Made by a program: the position numbers and the translations under genes. A stretch of 64,000 nucleotides of DNA, from the NCBI GenBank assembly GCA_014860395.1, contig JACZJU010000102.1:808-64807 (forward strand), in the 5' to 3' direction. Within the stretch, counting starts at the first letter, position 1. Each line of letters opens with the position of its first letter. Below the pieces are notes generated by a model that was given only the letters and a program-made list of their open reading frames with translations, did not search any database and was not told the origin of the DNA. Of this stretch, positions 45,174 to 57,532 are shown piece by piece. Origin of the DNA: Burkholderiales bacterium. Its GTDB lineage: Bacteria > Pseudomonadota > Gammaproteobacteria > Burkholderiales > SG8-39.

Positions 45174-46501
45174 TGCTCGACTACGGTCCCGACGCTATCC
45201 TGATGAAGGGCCTTGACGGTTCGAACTGGCACCTCAAGGACTACGAAGCGCGCGGCGGTTATGGCGCGCTGAAAAAGGTGCTCGGCGAAAAAATGACAGC
45301 CGATGCGGTTATCGCCGAAGTGAAGAAATCGGGGCTGCGCGGCCGCGGCGGCGCCGGCTTCCCGGCCGGGCTCAAATGGAGCTTCATGCCGAAGCAGTAC
45401 ACCGGGCCGAAATATCTCGTGTGCAACACCGACGAGGGCGAGCCGGGCACGTTCAAGGACCGTGACATCATCCGCTACAACCCGCACATGCTGATCGAGG
45501 GCATGATCATCGCGGCCTACGCGATGGGCACGGCGGTCGGCTACAACTACATCCATGGCGAAATCTGGGCCGAATACGAGCTGTTCGAGCAGGCGCTGGA
45601 AGAGGCGCGCGCCGCCGGCTACCTCGGCAACAACATTCTCGGCACCGATTTTTCGTTCCAACTGCACGCAGTGCACGGCTGGGGCGCCTACATCTGCGGC
45701 GAGGAAACCGGCTTGCTCGAGTCGATCGAAGGCAAGAAGGGGCAACCGCGATTCAAGCCGCCGTTCCCCGCGAGCTTTGGTCTGTATGGCAAGCCCACCA
45801 CAATCAACAACACCGAGACTTTCGCTGCGGTGCCCTGGATCATCAACAACGGCGGCGATGCCTTCCTCGCCCTCGGAAAACCGAACAACGGCGGCACCAA
45901 GCTGTTCTCCGTCTCGGGCCACGTCAACCGGCCGGGCAATTACGAAGTGCGTCTGGGCACGCCGTTCGCGACGCTGCTGGAGATGGCGGGCGGGATGCGC
46001 GGCGGCAGAAAGATCAAGGCGGTGATTCCCGGCGGCTCTTCGGCGCCGGTCCTGCCCGGGCACATCATGATGCAGACCGACCTGGACTACGATTCCATCG
46101 CCAAGGCCGGCTCCATGCTCGGCTCGGGCGCGGTGATCGTCATGGACGAGACCACCTGCATGGTGCGCGCGCTGGAGCGCCTGTCGTATTTCTATTTCGA
46201 AGAGTCCTGCGGCCAGTGCACGCCCTGCCGCGAGGGTACCGGCTGGATGTACCGCATGGTGCACCGCATAGAGCACGGCAAGGGGCGGCAGGAAGATCTG
46301 GACCTGCTCACCAACGTCGCCGACAACATCGCCGGGCGCACCATCTGCGCTCTCGGGGATGCAGCGGCGCTGCCGGTAAAAAGCTTCCTCAACCATTTCC
46401 GCGACGAATTCCAGTATCACGTCGATCACAAGCGCTGCCTGGTGAGCGTCCCCGGCGGCTATTTCACCGCTGGTGCTGCCACCGCCGAGAAGGCGGCCTG
46501 A
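45173..46501 (+). CDS. nuoF: NADH-quinone oxidoreductase subunit F
   Basis: [16 protein letters not shown] (FMN), [12 protein letters not shown] (N3 cluster). The ATG overlaps the nuoE stop (TGATG). Confidence 0.96.
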   Translation: MLDYGPDAILMKGLDGSNWHLKDYEARGGYGALKKVLGEKMTADAVIAEVKKSGLRGRGGAGFPAGLKWSFMPKQYTGPKYLVCNTDEGEPGTFKDRDIIRYNPHMLIEGMIIAAYAMGTAVGYNYIHGEIWAEYELFEQALEEARAAGYLGNNILGTDFSFQLHAVHGWGAYICGEETGLLESIEGKKGQPRFKPPFPASFGLYGKPTTINNTETFAAVPWIINNGGDAFLALGKPNNGGTKLFSVSGHVNRPGNYEVRLGTPFATLLEMAGGMRGGRKIKAVIPGGSSAPVLPGHIMMQTDLDYDSIAKAGSMLGSGAVIVMDETTCMVRALERLSYFYFEESCGQCTPCREGTGWMYRMVHRIEHGKGRQEDLDLLTNVADNIAGRTICALGDAAALPVKSFLNHFRDEFQYHVDHKRCLVSVPGGYFTAGAATAEKAA

Positions 46502-46508
46502 GAACAAC

Positions 46509-48839
46509 ATGCCCACAGTAGAAATAGACGGCAGGCAGATCGAGGTGCAGAACGGCGCCACCGTGATGGACGCGGCCAACGCGCTCGGCATCGCCATTCC
46601 GCACTTCTGCTATCACAAGAAGCTCTCGATCGCCGCGAACTGCCGCATGTGCCTGGTGCAGGTGGAGAAAGCGCCCAAGCCCCTGCCGGCCTGCGCCACG
46701 CCGGTGACCGAAGGCATGAAGGTGTTTACCGACTCGGAGTACGCCAGGACCGCGCAGAAGTCGGTGATGGAGTTCCTGCTCATCAACCATCCACTCGACT
46801 GCCCGATTTGCGACCAGGGCGGCGAATGCCAATTGCAGGACCTCGCGGTAGGTTACGGCAAGAGTGCCTCGCGCTACCAGGAAGAGAAGCGCGTGGTGTT
46901 CCACAAGAACGTCGGTCCGCTGATCTCGATGGAGGAGATGACCCGCTGCATCCACTGCACCCGCTGCGTGCGTTTCGGCCAGGAGATCGCCGGCGTGATG
47001 GAACTGGGCATGATGGGACGCGGCGAACATTCGGAAATCGTGTCCTTTGTCGGCAACAGCGTCGATTCCGAACTTTCCGGGAACATGATCGATCTGTGCC
47101 CGGTGGGCGCGCTCACCAGCAAGCCGTTCCGCTACAGCGCCCGCACCTGGGAGCTTGCGCGCAGGAAATCGGTGAGTCCGCACGACAGTCTGGGTTCGAA
47201 CCTCATCGTGCAGGTGATGGCGAACAAGGTCATGCGGGTGCTGCCGCTGGAAAACGAGGAACTGAACGAATGCTGGCTCAGCGATCGTGACCGCTTCGCC
47301 TACGAGGGGCTGAATTCGGACGACCGCCTGACGCAACCCATGCTCAAGATCGACGGCAAGTGGCAGGAAGTGGACTGGCAGCAGGCGCTGACCGCCGTGG
47401 CGAAAGGATTGAAGAATGCACAGGCGCAGCACGGCGGGCAGGCGATAGGCGCGCTCGCCGCGCCGCATTCGACGCTGGAAGAGTTGCACCTGCTGGGTAA
47501 GCTGATGCGCGGCATCGGCAGCGAGAATATCGACTTTCGCCTGCGCCATTCGGACTTCTCGGCAGACCAGAAGCAATCAGGCGCTCCCTGGCTGGGCATG
47601 AAAATCGACGACATTGGCAACCTCGACCGGGTGCTCGTCGTAGGCTCCTTCCTGCGCAAGGATCATCCGCTCCTCGCCAATCGTCTGCGCCAGGCCGCAA
47701 AGCGCGGGCAGCAGATCAACCTGATCCACGCCACCGACGACGATCTGCTGATGGCGATCGCGAACAAGGCCATCGTGCCGCCGCGGGACCTGCCCGGGGT
47801 GCTGGCGCAGGTGGTGAAAGCGGCGGCCGAGGCGAAACAGCAGCCGGTGCCCGCCGCGCTGGCGGGCGTGAATGTCGGCGAGGCCGCGAAGAACATTGCA
47901 GCCAGCCTCGCCTCCGGAACGAAGACCGGCATATTCCTCGGTAATCTGGCCGCGCAGGACCCGCAGGCGACGCAGTTGCGGCTGCTGGTGCAGGAACTGG
48001 CCGGACTGCTGGGCGCAAGCTTCGGTTTTTTCGGCGAGGCTGCAAACAGCGTAGGCGGTTACCTGGCCCAGGCCGTGCCCGGAGCGGGCGGTCTCGATGC
48101 ATCCGCCATGCTGGCCCAGCCGCGCAAAGCCTATGTGCTGCTGAACGCCGAACCCGAGTTCGATTGCCATAATCCGCATGCGGCGCTCAAAGCCATGCAC
48201 GCGACGGATTTCGTCATTTGCCTGTCGGCGTACAAGGGGTCTGCTCCCGACTACGCCAATGCGCTGCTGCCGATTGCACCATTTACCGAAACCTCGGGCA
48301 CGTTCGTCAACGCCGAGGGCCGCATGCAAAGCTTCAACGGCGTGGTCAAACCACGGGGCGAGGCGCGTCCGGCGTGGAAAGTGCTGCGCGTGCTCGGTAA
48401 CCTGCTCGGGCTCGATGGTTTTGACTACGACTCCAGCGAACAAGTGCGCGACGAGATCGCCAATCCCGATCAGATAGCGGCCAAGCTCGACAACAGGCTG
48501 AGCGGGGTTGCGTTGCAGGCTCCGGCGGCTGCCGCAGGCCTGCAGCGAATCGCCGACGTTCCCATTTATGCAGGCGATGCGATCGTGCGCCGCGCCGCGT
48601 CGCTGCAACAGACGCACGATGCCGCGCCGCCGCGCGCGTGGATGAATTCCGCGCTGCTGGCCAGGCTCGGTCTGAAAGACGGGCAGGCGGTGAAGATCCG
48701 CCAGGGCGAAGGCGAGGCCGCGGTGAACGTCGCGCGCGATGACAAGCTGCCGCAGGACTGCGTGCGCCTTGTTGCAGCGCATCCGGCGACGAGCAAGCTG
48801 GGCCCGATGTCGGGCGAACTCAGCGTGGAGCCGCAGTAA
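46509..48839 (+). CDS. nuoG: NADH-quinone oxidoreductase subunit G
   Basis: [52 protein letters not shown]. 776 aa. Confidence 0.96.
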   Translation: MPTVEIDGRQIEVQNGATVMDAANALGIAIPHFCYHKKLSIAANCRMCLVQVEKAPKPLPACATPVTEGMKVFTDSEYARTAQKSVMEFLLINHPLDCPICDQGGECQLQDLAVGYGKSASRYQEEKRVVFHKNVGPLISMEEMTRCIHCTRCVRFGQEIAGVMELGMMGRGEHSEIVSFVGNSVDSELSGNMIDLCPVGALTSKPFRYSARTWELARRKSVSPHDSLGSNLIVQVMANKVMRVLPLENEELNECWLSDRDRFAYEGLNSDDRLTQPMLKIDGKWQEVDWQQALTAVAKGLKNAQAQHGGQAIGALAAPHSTLEELHLLGKLMRGIGSENIDFRLRHSDFSADQKQSGAPWLGMKIDDIGNLDRVLVVGSFLRKDHPLLANRLRQAAKRGQQINLIHATDDDLLMAIANKAIVPPRDLPGVLAQVVKAAAEAKQQPVPAALAGVNVGEAAKNIAASLASGTKTGIFLGNLAAQDPQATQLRLLVQELAGLLGASFGFFGEAANSVGGYLAQAVPGAGGLDASAMLAQPRKAYVLLNAEPEFDCHNPHAALKAMHATDFVICLSAYKGSAPDYANALLPIAPFTETSGTFVNAEGRMQSFNGVVKPRGEARPAWKVLRVLGNLLGLDGFDYDSSEQVRDEIANPDQIAAKLDNRLSGVALQAPAAAAGLQRIADVPIYAGDAIVRRAASLQQTHDAAPPRAWMNSALLARLGLKDGQAVKIRQGEGEAAVNVARDDKLPQDCVRLVAAHPATSKLGPMSGELSVEPQ

Positions 48840-49942
48840 TGGACGTGCTTGGTATGTACGCCAAAATCATCGCCATCGGGCTGGAATTCACCCAGGGCCT
48901 GTTCGGCCCGGAGCTCGGCGCGGCAATTTTCACCCTGGTCAAGACTTCGGTGCTGATCATGCTCATCGTCGCGCCGCTGCTCGGTGCCGTGGCCTACCTG
49001 ACGCTGCTCGAGCGCAAGGTCATCGGCTACATGCAGGTGCGCATCGGGCCCAACCGCGTCGGCCCCCTGGGCCTGCTGCAGCCGATCGCCGACGGCGTCA
49101 AGCTGGTGTTCAAGGAAATCATCATCCCGTCCGGCGCCGACAAGATTCTGTTCGTGCTCGCGCCGGTGATTACGCTGACCGTGGCGATGGCCGCATGGGC
49201 AGTGGTGCCGTTCAGCCCGAAAGTGGTGCTGGCCGACGTTAATGCCGGACTGCTCTACATCATGGCGATCACGTCGATGGGCGTGTACGGCATCATCGTT
49301 GCCGGCTGGGCGTCGAATTCGAAATACGCGTTCCTCGGCGCGATGCGCGCGGCGGCGCAGATCGTCTCCTACGAGATCGCCATGGGTTTTGCCCTGGTGT
49401 GCGTGCTGCTGGTGTCGCAAAGCCTCAACCTCACCGACATCGTCAGCGGCCAGGAGAAAGGCTATTTCGCCGACATGGGGCTCAATTTCCTCTCGTGGAA
49501 CTGGCTGCCGCTCGCGCCCATGCTGCTGGTGTATTTCATCTCCGGCGTGGCCGAGACCCAGCGTGCGCCGTTCGACATGGCCGTGGGTGAGTCGGAGATT
49601 GTCGGCTTTCACGTCGAATATTCGGGCATGCTCTTCGGCGTGTTCTCCATGGGCGAGTACGCCAACATGATTCTGGTGGCTTTCCTCACCACCATCATGT
49701 TCTTCGGCGGCTGGGCTGCGCCGATCGACTCGACGGTGTTCAATGCCATTCCCGGCTTTCTCTGGCTGTTCGGCAAAGTGCTGTGCGTATTGATCCTGTT
49801 CCTCTGGTTCCGCGCGACTTTCCCGCGCTATCGCTACGACCAGATCATGCGCCTGGGCTGGAAGGTGTTTATTCCGCTGACCATCGTGTGGCTGGTGTTG
49901 ATCGCCGCGTGGATGCAGACCCCCTTCTCAATCTGGAAATGA
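48839..49942 (+). CDS. nuoH: NADH-quinone oxidoreductase subunit H
   Basis: [34 protein letters not shown] and [17 protein letters not shown]. Confidence 0.96.
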   Translation: MDVLGMYAKIIAIGLEFTQGLFGPELGAAIFTLVKTSVLIMLIVAPLLGAVAYLTLLERKVIGYMQVRIGPNRVGPLGLLQPIADGVKLVFKEIIIPSGADKILFVLAPVITLTVAMAAWAVVPFSPKVVLADVNAGLLYIMAITSMGVYGIIVAGWASNSKYAFLGAMRAAAQIVSYEIAMGFALVCVLLVSQSLNLTDIVSGQEKGYFADMGLNFLSWNWLPLAPMLLVYFISGVAETQRAPFDMAVGESEIVGFHVEYSGMLFGVFSMGEYANMILVAFLTTIMFFGGWAAPIDSTVFNAIPGFLWLFGKVLCVLILFLWFRATFPRYRYDQIMRLGWKVFIPLTIVWLVLIAAWMQTPFSIWK

Positions 49943-49948
49943 CGCGCC

Positions 49949-50440
49949 ATGGCTGAGAAAATCCGCGAGTTCTTCAAGACCTTCCTGCTGATCGAATTGC
50001 TCAAGGGCATGGCGGTCACCGGGCGGTACCTGTTTGCGCGCAAGATCACGATTCAATATCCGGAAGAGCATACGCCGCAGTCGGCGCGCTTTCGCGGTCT
50101 GCACGCACTGCGCCGCTATCCCAACGGCGAGGAGCGCTGCATCGCGTGCAAGCTGTGCGAGGCGGTGTGCCCGGCGCTGGCGATCACCATTGAGTCGGAA
50201 GAGCGCGCCGACGGCACGCGCCGCACCACGCGCTACGACATCGACCTGAACAAATGCATATTCTGCGGTTTCTGCGAAGAATCCTGCCCGGTCGACTCCA
50301 TCGTCGAGACGCGCATCCTCGAATACCACGGCGAGAAGCGCAGCGACCTGCACTACACCAAGGAAATGCTGCTCGCGGTGGGCGACCGTTACGAAGCCGA
50401 GATTGCCAAGGACCGCGCCAGCGACGCGCAATACCGGTGA
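49949..50440 (+). CDS. nuoI: NADH-quinone oxidoreductase subunit I
   Basis: Two 4Fe-4S motifs, [12 protein letters not shown] and [12 protein letters not shown]. Confidence 0.96.
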   Translation: MAEKIREFFKTFLLIELLKGMAVTGRYLFARKITIQYPEEHTPQSARFRGLHALRRYPNGEERCIACKLCEAVCPALAITIESEERADGTRRTTRYDIDLNKCIFCGFCEESCPVDSIVETRILEYHGEKRSDLHYTKEMLLAVGDRYEAEIAKDRASDAQYR

Positions 50441-50447
50441 TGAACTT

Positions 50448-51056
50448 ATGAATATCGAACCGATTGTTTTCTACCTTTTCTCCGCGATCCTGCTGATTGC
50501 GGCGCTGCGCGTCATTACCGCGCGCAATCCGGTGCACGCGGCGCTATGGCTGGTGCTCGCATTCTTCACCGCCGCCTCGATCTGGATGCTGCTGCGGGCG
50601 GAGTTCCTGGCGATCGTGCTGGTGCTGGTCTACGTCGGCGCGGTAATGGTGCTGTTCCTGTTCGTGGTGATGATGCTCGACATCAACCTCGACCGGCTGC
50701 GCGAGGGCTTCTGGAGCTACCTGCCACTCGGACTGGGCGTGGGCGTGCTGATGGTGGTCGAGATGGTGCTGGTGCTGGGCGGCAAGTATTTCGGCGCGGA
50801 GCACATGCCCAACCCGGCCGATCCCGGCGCGGGCTACAGCAACACCAAGGAGCTGGGCCGGCTTCTTTATACGGACTACGTCTTCCCGTTCGAACTCGCC
50901 GCGGTGATCCTGCTGGTTGCCATCGTTGCGGCGATCGCGCTGACCCTGCGCGGACGCAAGGACAGCAAGCACCAGATTCCGGCCGAACAGATCGCGGTCA
51001 AGCGTGCCGACCGGGTGCGTCTCATATCCATGCCGTCCGAGAAAAAGGAAAACTGA
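50448..51056 (+). CDS. nuoJ: NADH-quinone oxidoreductase subunit J
   Basis: [19 protein letters not shown]...[20 protein letters not shown] at 50448 inside ORF track 50403..51056. Confidence 0.93.
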   Translation: MNIEPIVFYLFSAILLIAALRVITARNPVHAALWLVLAFFTAASIWMLLRAEFLAIVLVLVYVGAVMVLFLFVVMMLDINLDRLREGFWSYLPLGLGVGVLMVVEMVLVLGGKYFGAEHMPNPADPGAGYSNTKELGRLLYTDYVFPFELAAVILLVAIVAAIALTLRGRKDSKHQIPAEQIAVKRADRVRLISMPSEKKEN

Positions 51057-51058
51057 TC

Positions 51059-51394
51059 GTGCAGTCGTTCTCGTTACCGGTGCTACCCGCGCTATCGCTG
51101 TCGCACTTCCTGATCCTCGGCGCGCTGCTGTTCGCCATCAGCGTCGTCGGCATATTTCTCAACCGCAAGAACGTCATCATTCTGCTGATGGCGATCGAGC
51201 TGATGCTGCTCGCGGTGAACATGAACTTCATCGCGTTTTCGCATTACCTGCATGACATTTCCGGCCAGGTGTTCGTGTTCTTCATCCTGACCGTGGCGGC
51301 GGCCGAGTCGGCCATAGGCCTCGCAATCCTGGTGGTGCTGTTCCGCAACCTCTCCACCATCAACGTCGACGACCTGAACGCATTGAAGGGCTAA
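51059..51394 (+). CDS. nuoK: NADH-quinone oxidoreductase subunit K
   Basis: [43 protein letters not shown]...[16 protein letters not shown] at 51059 follows AAGGAA. An alternative GTG lies at 51080. The gene is embedded in ORF-track entry 50546..51394. Confidence 0.9.
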   Translation: MQSFSLPVLPALSLSHFLILGALLFAISVVGIFLNRKNVIILLMAIELMLLAVNMNFIAFSHYLHDISGQVFVFFILTVAAAESAIGLAILVVLFRNLSTINVDDLNALKG

Positions 51395-51501
51395 AGGAAG
51401 GCAATGGGTAAAGAGCAAAAGGCGGGAAGCAGGAGCGTGCAGACGCTGGGTCTGCGCGACGGACTGCCGCGCGCCCCGCGTTCGTCACCCGGCACAACGC
51501 T

Positions 51502-53520
51502 ATGACATCGATGCAACAACTCTACCTGCTGGTGCCGCTGGCGCCCCTTGCCGGCGCCCTGATCGCGGGTCTTGCCGGCCGCGCCATCGGCCGTTCCGGC
51601 GCCCATTGGGTGACCATCATCGGCGTGGCGATCGCGTTCTTCGCCTCGGTGGTGATCTTCATCGACGTGATGAACGGCAATGTGTTCAACGGCAGCGTCT
51701 ACACCTGGCTGACTTCGGGTGAAACGCGCTTCGAGATCGGCTTCCTCATCGACCGGCTGACGGTGCTGATGATGGTGGTGGTGACGTTCGTCTCGCTCAT
51801 GGTGCATATCTACACCATCGGCTACATGGCGGACGATCCGGGTTACCAGCGCTTCTTCTCCTATATCGCGCTGTTCACCTTCTCCATGCTGATGCTGGTG
51901 ATGTCGAACAACTTCGTGCAGCTGTTCTTCGGTTGGGAGGCGGTGGGCCTGGTGTCCTACCTGCTGATCGGCTTCTGGTACACGCGGCCGACGGCGATAT
52001 ACGCCAATCTCAAGGCCTTCCTGGTGAACCGGGTCGGCGACTTCGGCTTTCTGCTCGGCATCGGACTGATCCTGGCCAACTTCGGCACGCTCGATTACGC
52101 CAGCGTGTTCGCGCAGGCGCCGGGCATGGCCAAGACCAGCATAGAGTTGTTCCCGGGAGCGCCCTGGATGCTGCTGTCGGTGATATGCATATGCCTTTTC
52201 ATCGGCGCCATGGGTAAATCCGCTCAGTTTCCGCTGCATGTCTGGCTGCCCGATTCGATGGAAGGTCCGACGCCGATCTCGGCCTTGATCCACGCTGCGA
52301 CCATGGTGACCGCCGGCATATTCATGGTGTCGCGCATGTCGCCGCTGTTCGAGTTGTCCGATGCGGCGCTGTCCTTCGTGCTGGTGATCGGCGGCATTAC
52401 CGCCTTCTTCATGTCCCTGATCGCCGTTGTGCAGTACGACATCAAGCGCGTGATCGCATATTCGACCCTGTCGCAGCTCGGCTACATGACAGTGGCCCTG
52501 GGCGCATCGGCCTATTCGGTCGGCATGTTCCACCTCGCGACCCACGCCTTCTTCAAGGCGGTGCTGTTCCTCGGCGCCGGATCGGTGATCATCGCGATGC
52601 ACCATGAACAGGACATGCGCAAGATGGGCGGTCTGCGCAAGTACATGCCGATCACCTACCTCACAATGCTCATCGGCGCGCTCGCCAATGCCGGGCTGCC
52701 GCCGTTCGCAGGATTCTTCTCCAAGGACTCGATCCTGGAGGCAGTGCATCTGTCGCATACCCCGGGCGCCGGCTTCGCCTACCTGATGGTGCTCCTCGGG
52801 GTGTTCGTCGGCGGGTTGTATTCCTTCCGCCTCATCTTTTACACCTTCCACGGCGAGGAGCGCTTCCGCGCGCAGGCCGCCGGCCATGGCCATGACGCCG
52901 GCCACGCCGCGGGCAAGGACGAGCACGGACATGGCGATCACGGCCATGAACCGCACGAAACGCCGGCGGTGGTAACTTGGCCGCTGATCCTGCTCGCGAT
53001 CCCGTCCATCGCCGCGGGCTGGACCATAGGCACGGTGCTCTACGGCGGCTATTTCGGTTCCGCGATCTACATCTCCCCCGAGCACGAGGGCCTGGCGGAG
53101 ATGGCGCACGAGTATCACGGCGTCATCACCATGATGCTGCACGGGTTGACCAGCCTGCCGTTCTGGTTCGCGCTTTCCGGGGCAGTGACCGCCTGGTATC
53201 TGTACATCGTGAAACCCGAACTGCCGGGCGTGCTGCGGCAGAAGCTCAGCTTCCTCGTCAATATCCTGATGGAGAAATACGGTTTTGACCGCTTCAACGA
53301 CTGGTTCTTCGCCGGCGGCGCGCGCGCGATCGGCGGCGGCCTGTGGAAATTCGGCGATGTGACCATCATCGATGGCTTCATGGTTAACGGCGCGGCGCGC
53401 GTGGTCGGCTGGATTTCGAGCCTGGTGCGCCTGTTCCAGTCCGGTTACATCTACCACTACGCGTTCACCATGATCATCGGCGTCTTCGTGCTGCTGACCT
53501 TGTGGTTCGGCCAGGCTTAG
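51502..53520 (+). CDS. nuoL: NADH-quinone oxidoreductase subunit L
   Basis: 672 aa antiporter-like subunit with WEAVGLVSYLLIGFW and GKSAQFPLHVWLPDSMEGPTPISALIHAATMV. Confidence 0.96.
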   Translation: MTSMQQLYLLVPLAPLAGALIAGLAGRAIGRSGAHWVTIIGVAIAFFASVVIFIDVMNGNVFNGSVYTWLTSGETRFEIGFLIDRLTVLMMVVVTFVSLMVHIYTIGYMADDPGYQRFFSYIALFTFSMLMLVMSNNFVQLFFGWEAVGLVSYLLIGFWYTRPTAIYANLKAFLVNRVGDFGFLLGIGLILANFGTLDYASVFAQAPGMAKTSIELFPGAPWMLLSVICICLFIGAMGKSAQFPLHVWLPDSMEGPTPISALIHAATMVTAGIFMVSRMSPLFELSDAALSFVLVIGGITAFFMSLIAVVQYDIKRVIAYSTLSQLGYMTVALGASAYSVGMFHLATHAFFKAVLFLGAGSVIIAMHHEQDMRKMGGLRKYMPITYLTMLIGALANAGLPPFAGFFSKDSILEAVHLSHTPGAGFAYLMVLLGVFVGGLYSFRLIFYTFHGEERFRAQAAGHGHDAGHAAGKDEHGHGDHGHEPHETPAVVTWPLILLAIPSIAAGWTIGTVLYGGYFGSAIYISPEHEGLAEMAHEYHGVITMMLHGLTSLPFWFALSGAVTAWYLYIVKPELPGVLRQKLSFLVNILMEKYGFDRFNDWFFAGGARAIGGGLWKFGDVTIIDGFMVNGAARVVGWISSLVRLFQSGYIYHYAFTMIIGVFVLLTLWFGQA

Positions 53521-53530
53521 GGGACAGACG

Positions 53531-55009
53531 ATGAATTCCACTCCCTGGCTCAGCCTCACCATCTGGATCCCGATCCTGTTCGGCCTCGCGGTGCTGATGT
53601 TCAGCGACCGCCACGCCGCGCTGGTGCGCAAGCTCTCCCTCGTCGGCGCGCTGTTTGGCCTAGCCGTGAGCATTCCGCTCTACGTCGGGTTCAACACGCA
53701 GACCAGCGCAATGCAGTTCGTCGAATTCTCGCGCTGGATCCCGCGCTTCAACATCAACTACAACCTCGGCGTGGATGGTATCTCGCTGCTGTTCATCCTG
53801 TTGAACAGTTTCATCACCGTGCTGGTGGTGCTGGCCGGCTGGGAGTCGATCCAGAAGCGCGTGGCGCAGTACATGGCGGCCTTTCTGATCATGTCGGGTC
53901 TGCTCAATGGTGTTTTCGCCGCCCTGGACGCAATGCTGTTCTACGTATTCTTCGAGGCGACGCTGATCCCGATGTACCTAGTGATCGGGGTCTGGGGCGG
54001 CCCCAACCGCGTCTACGCCGCAGTGAAGTTCTTCCTCTACACCCTGCTTGGGTCGCTGTTGATGCTGGTCGCCTTCCTCTACCTGTTCGACCAGTCTGGC
54101 GGCAGCTTCTCCATCCTCGACTGGCATAAGCTGCCGATCGCGATGACGCCGCAGATCCTGCTGTTCTTCGCCTTCTTCCTCGCGTTCGCGGTGAAGGTGC
54201 CGATGTGGCCGGTGCACACCTGGCTGCCCGACGCCCACGTCGAGGCGCCAACCGGGGGCTCCGCGGTGCTGGCGGCGATCCTGCTCAAGCTGGGCGCCTA
54301 CGGTTTCATCCGCTTTTCGCTGCCGGTGCTGCCGGATGCAAGCCACGCGCTGTCCGGTTTCATGATCGCGCTTTCCCTGATTGCGGTGGTCTATATCGGA
54401 CTGGTGGCGATCGCGCAAACCGATATGAAGAAGTTGATCGCGTATTCATCGATCGCGCACATGGGCTTCGTCACGCTCGGTTTCTTCATTTTCAACGCGT
54501 ATGGCATGGAAGGCGCGCTGGTGCAGATGGTCTCGCACGGCTTCGTCTCCGCCGCCATGTTCCTGTGCGTGGGCGTGATGTACGACCGCATGCACAGCCG
54601 CAACATCGCCGACTACGGCGGTGTGGTCAATACCATGCCAAAGTTCGCCGCGCTGATGATGCTGTTCGCGATGGCCAACTGCGGGCTGCCGGCCACCAGC
54701 GGCTTCGTCGGCGAATTCATGGTTATTCTCGGCGCAGTGAAGTACAACTTCTGGATCGGCTTTCTCGCCGCGACCACGCTCATCTTCGGGGCCGCCTATA
54801 CCCTGTGGATGTATAAGCGCGTGATTTTCGGCGCCGTGGCCAACGACCACGTGGCCAAGTTGAAGGACATCGGCGCGCGCGAATTCCTGGTGCTGGCGCT
54901 GCTTGCGCTCGCCGTGCTCGGCATGGGCCTTTATCCGCAGCCTTTCACCGAAGTGATGCACGCCTCGGTCAACGACCTGCTGCAGCACCTCACGGTAAGC
55001 AAGCTGTGA
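53531..55009 (+). CDS. nuoM: NADH-quinone oxidoreductase subunit M
   Basis: 492 aa with [27 protein letters not shown] and [14 protein letters not shown]. Confidence 0.96.
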   Translation: MNSTPWLSLTIWIPILFGLAVLMFSDRHAALVRKLSLVGALFGLAVSIPLYVGFNTQTSAMQFVEFSRWIPRFNINYNLGVDGISLLFILLNSFITVLVVLAGWESIQKRVAQYMAAFLIMSGLLNGVFAALDAMLFYVFFEATLIPMYLVIGVWGGPNRVYAAVKFFLYTLLGSLLMLVAFLYLFDQSGGSFSILDWHKLPIAMTPQILLFFAFFLAFAVKVPMWPVHTWLPDAHVEAPTGGSAVLAAILLKLGAYGFIRFSLPVLPDASHALSGFMIALSLIAVVYIGLVAIAQTDMKKLIAYSSIAHMGFVTLGFFIFNAYGMEGALVQMVSHGFVSAAMFLCVGVMYDRMHSRNIADYGGVVNTMPKFAALMMLFAMANCGLPATSGFVGEFMVILGAVKYNFWIGFLAATTLIFGAAYTLWMYKRVIFGAVANDHVAKLKDIGAREFLVLALLALAVLGMGLYPQPFTEVMHASVNDLLQHLTVSKL

Positions 55010-55019
55010 GGCCGAACCC

Positions 55020-56495
55020 ATGAATTTCACCATGCCCAATCTGCTGCCCGCCTACCCCGAGATCTTCCTGCTGATCATGGTGTCGATCATCCTGGTCGTG
55101 GATCTGTTCCTGCCGCAAAGGCTGCGTTTCGTGACTTACGCCCTGACGCAACTGGCTCTGCTTGGCAGCGCCATGCTCACGCTCGACGTCGCCGTACTCA
55201 CCCAGGGGATTGCCACCTACACCTTCAGCAACATGTTCGTCGCCGACCTGATGGGGCACGTGCTGAAGATCGGCGCTTATATCGCGCTGTTCACCACCCT
55301 GGTCTATTCGCGCGCCTACCTCGCCGATCGCGGCATGTGGAAGGGCGAATTCTTCGCACTGGTGCTGTTCGCGCTGATGGGCATGATGGTGATGATCTCG
55401 GCCAACCACTTCCTCACGCTATACCTGGGCCTGGAACTGCTGTCGCTGTCCCTCTACGCGCTGGTGGCACTGGACCGGGACTCGGCGCGCTCGACCGAGG
55501 CGGCAATGAAATATTTCGTGCTGGGCGCGCTGGCTTCAGGGCTGCTGCTCTACGGCATGTCCATGATCTACGGCGCCACCGGCACGCTCGATATTTCGCA
55601 GGTCGCGTATGCGATCGGCACCGCCAATCCCAATAAGATCGTGCTCACCTTCGGCCTGGTGTTCCTGGTGTCGGGGATGGCGTTCAAGCTCGGAGTGGTG
55701 CCGTTCCATATGTGGATCCCGGACGTCTATCACGGCGCGCCCACCGCGATGACCCTGATCATCGGCTCGGCGCCCAAGCTGGCGGCGTTCGCGATGGCGA
55801 TGCGCCTGCTGGTGCTGGGGCTGCTCGGCCTCGCGGTGGACTGGCAGCAGATGCTGGTGATTATGGCGGTTCTGTCCATGGCGCTTGGAAACCTCGCCGC
55901 AATCGCGCAGACCAACATCAAGCGCATGCTCGCCTATTCCACCATATCGCACATGGGCTTCATGCTGCTGGGCCTCCTGGCCGGGGTGGTCAACGGCAAC
56001 TGGCTCAATGCCCCCGACGCCTATAGCGCCGCCATGTTCTACGTCGTGATCTACGTGCTGACCACACTGGGCACTTTCGGCATGGTGCTGCTCTTGTCGC
56101 GCGCCGGCTTCGAGGCCGAGAATCTGGACGACTTCAAGGGGCTGAACGCGCGCAGCCCGTGGTACGCCTTCATCATGCTGCTCTTGATGTTCTCGCTCGC
56201 CGGGGTTCCGCCCACAGTCGGCTTCTACGCCAAGCTGTCGGTGCTGCAGCCGTTGCTCGCCGCGGACATGACCTGGCTGGCGGTGGTGGCGGTGCTGTTC
56301 TCGCTGATCGGCGCGTTCTACTACCTGCGCATCGTCAAGCTGATGTACTTCGACGAGCCGACCGATACCGCGCCGATCGCTCCCAGCCTGGACGTGAGCG
56401 TGCTGATTTCGGTCAACGGCCTCGCCGTGCTTGCGCTCGGCATCATGCCGCAGTCGCTGATGGCCCTGTGTTACTACTCCATTAAAGCCCTGTGA
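55020..56495 (+). CDS. nuoN: NADH-quinone oxidoreductase subunit N
   Basis: 491 aa with [22 protein letters not shown] and [14 protein letters not shown]. Confidence 0.96.
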   Translation: MNFTMPNLLPAYPEIFLLIMVSIILVVDLFLPQRLRFVTYALTQLALLGSAMLTLDVAVLTQGIATYTFSNMFVADLMGHVLKIGAYIALFTTLVYSRAYLADRGMWKGEFFALVLFALMGMMVMISANHFLTLYLGLELLSLSLYALVALDRDSARSTEAAMKYFVLGALASGLLLYGMSMIYGATGTLDISQVAYAIGTANPNKIVLTFGLVFLVSGMAFKLGVVPFHMWIPDVYHGAPTAMTLIIGSAPKLAAFAMAMRLLVLGLLGLAVDWQQMLVIMAVLSMALGNLAAIAQTNIKRMLAYSTISHMGFMLLGLLAGVVNGNWLNAPDAYSAAMFYVVIYVLTTLGTFGMVLLLSRAGFEAENLDDFKGLNARSPWYAFIMLLLMFSLAGVPPTVGFYAKLSVLQPLLAADMTWLAVVAVLFSLIGAFYYLRIVKLMYFDEPTDTAPIAPSLDVSVLISVNGLAVLALGIMPQSLMALCYYSIKAL

Positions 56496-56598
56496 GTCCG
56501 GGCGCGGGCCTGTTTCTGCCGCTTGCCGCTTTCACTGCAGTCGATTTCCATGTTCCGGTCGGGCGCACGGCGCGCGCCGTTGCCGCGGGGTGCAGGCG

Positions 56599-57426
56599 AT
56601 GAAGTTCATTCACCGCCTCGAACAGGCGTGGGCCGCGCAGCGCTCGCTCTTGTGCGTGGGCCTGGATCCGGATCCCGCGCGCCTGCCCGGGCAGCTCTCC
56701 AGTTTCGCGCATCCCATATTCGAATTCGGCCGCGCGATCGTCGATGCGACCGCCGATCTGGTGTGCGCGTTCAAGCCGCAGATCGCCTACTATGCGGCAG
56801 CGCGCGCCGAAGACCAGCTGGAAATGACCATCTCTCACATCCGCCGGCACTATCCGGCGATACCCGTGATTCTCGATGCCAAGCGCGGCGACGTGGGCAG
56901 CACGGCCGAGATGTATGCGCGCGAAGCGTTCGAGCGCTACCAGGCCGACGCCGTTACCGTGAATCCGTATCTCGGCTTCGATTCGCTGCAGCCGTTCCTG
57001 GATCACGAGAACAAGGGCGTGATCGTGCTCTGCCGCACGTCCAACCCCGGCGCCCGCGATGTGCAGGACATCGCCAGCGACGGCAGGAAGCTGTATCAGC
57101 TTATCGCCGAAAAAGCGGCGCGCGATTGGAATGCCAACGACAACGTGCTGCTGGTGGTGGGCGCGACCTATCCGCAGGAGCTGCGCGAGATCCGCGCCAT
57201 CGTCGGCGACATGCCCATCCTCGTGCCCGGCGTCGGCGCGCAGGGCGGGGACGTGGCCGCAGTGCTGGCGAACGGCGCCACCGCGGACGGCACCGGACTC
57301 CTCATCAGCAGCTCGCGCGCCGTGCTCTACGCCGGCAGCGGCGCCGATTACGCCCAGGCTGCCAGGGCGGCGGCCCTGAAGCTGCGCGACGAAATCAACC
57401 TCTGCCGTAAATTTCAAGGTGCCTGA
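56599..57426 (+). CDS. pyrF: Orotidine 5'-phosphate decarboxylase, type 2
   Basis: [47 protein letters not shown] at 56599 (GTG at 56590 is possible). Confidence 0.92.
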   Translation: MKFIHRLEQAWAAQRSLLCVGLDPDPARLPGQLSSFAHPIFEFGRAIVDATADLVCAFKPQIAYYAAARAEDQLEMTISHIRRHYPAIPVILDAKRGDVGSTAEMYAREAFERYQADAVTVNPYLGFDSLQPFLDHENKGVIVLCRTSNPGARDVQDIASDGRKLYQLIAEKAARDWNANDNVLLVVGATYPQELREIRAIVGDMPILVPGVGAQGGDVAAVLANGATADGTGLLISSSRAVLYAGSGADYAQAARAAALKLRDEINLCRKFQGA

Positions 57427-57513
57427 CGGTATTTCCGTCAGGCGGCAAATTTAGGGGAGCACGAGGGGCTAAGGAAGGGGGCGGGACCCTTCCTTTCCCG
57501 CCCGGTCCCCTCG
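57421..57513 (-). repeat. REP-like hairpin element, copy C (inverted orientation, with nested extra hairpin)
   Basis: Hairpin GCCTGACGG-tattt-CCGTCAGGC contains the pyrF stop. Then AAATTTAGGGGAGCACGAGGGG, the reverse complement of the CCCCTCGTGCTCCCCTAAA core of copy B. Closing CCCCTCG at 57507-57513. Confidence 0.6.
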
Positions 57514-57532
57514 CATCGTATAGGACATCGCG

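Noticed and set aside
51391-53673. 760-aa minus-strand ORF. Similar long antisense ORFs occur at 9975..11516, 43374..44603, 45149..46597, 46464..47576, 47577..48782, 48566..49612 and 56482..57417.
   Set aside because: All lie opposite strongly recognisable genes (nuoL, ppk, nuoD, nuoF, nuoG, nuoH, pyrF). They translate to Arg/His/Gly/Ala-rich low-complexity sequence and are GC-driven shadow ORFs.
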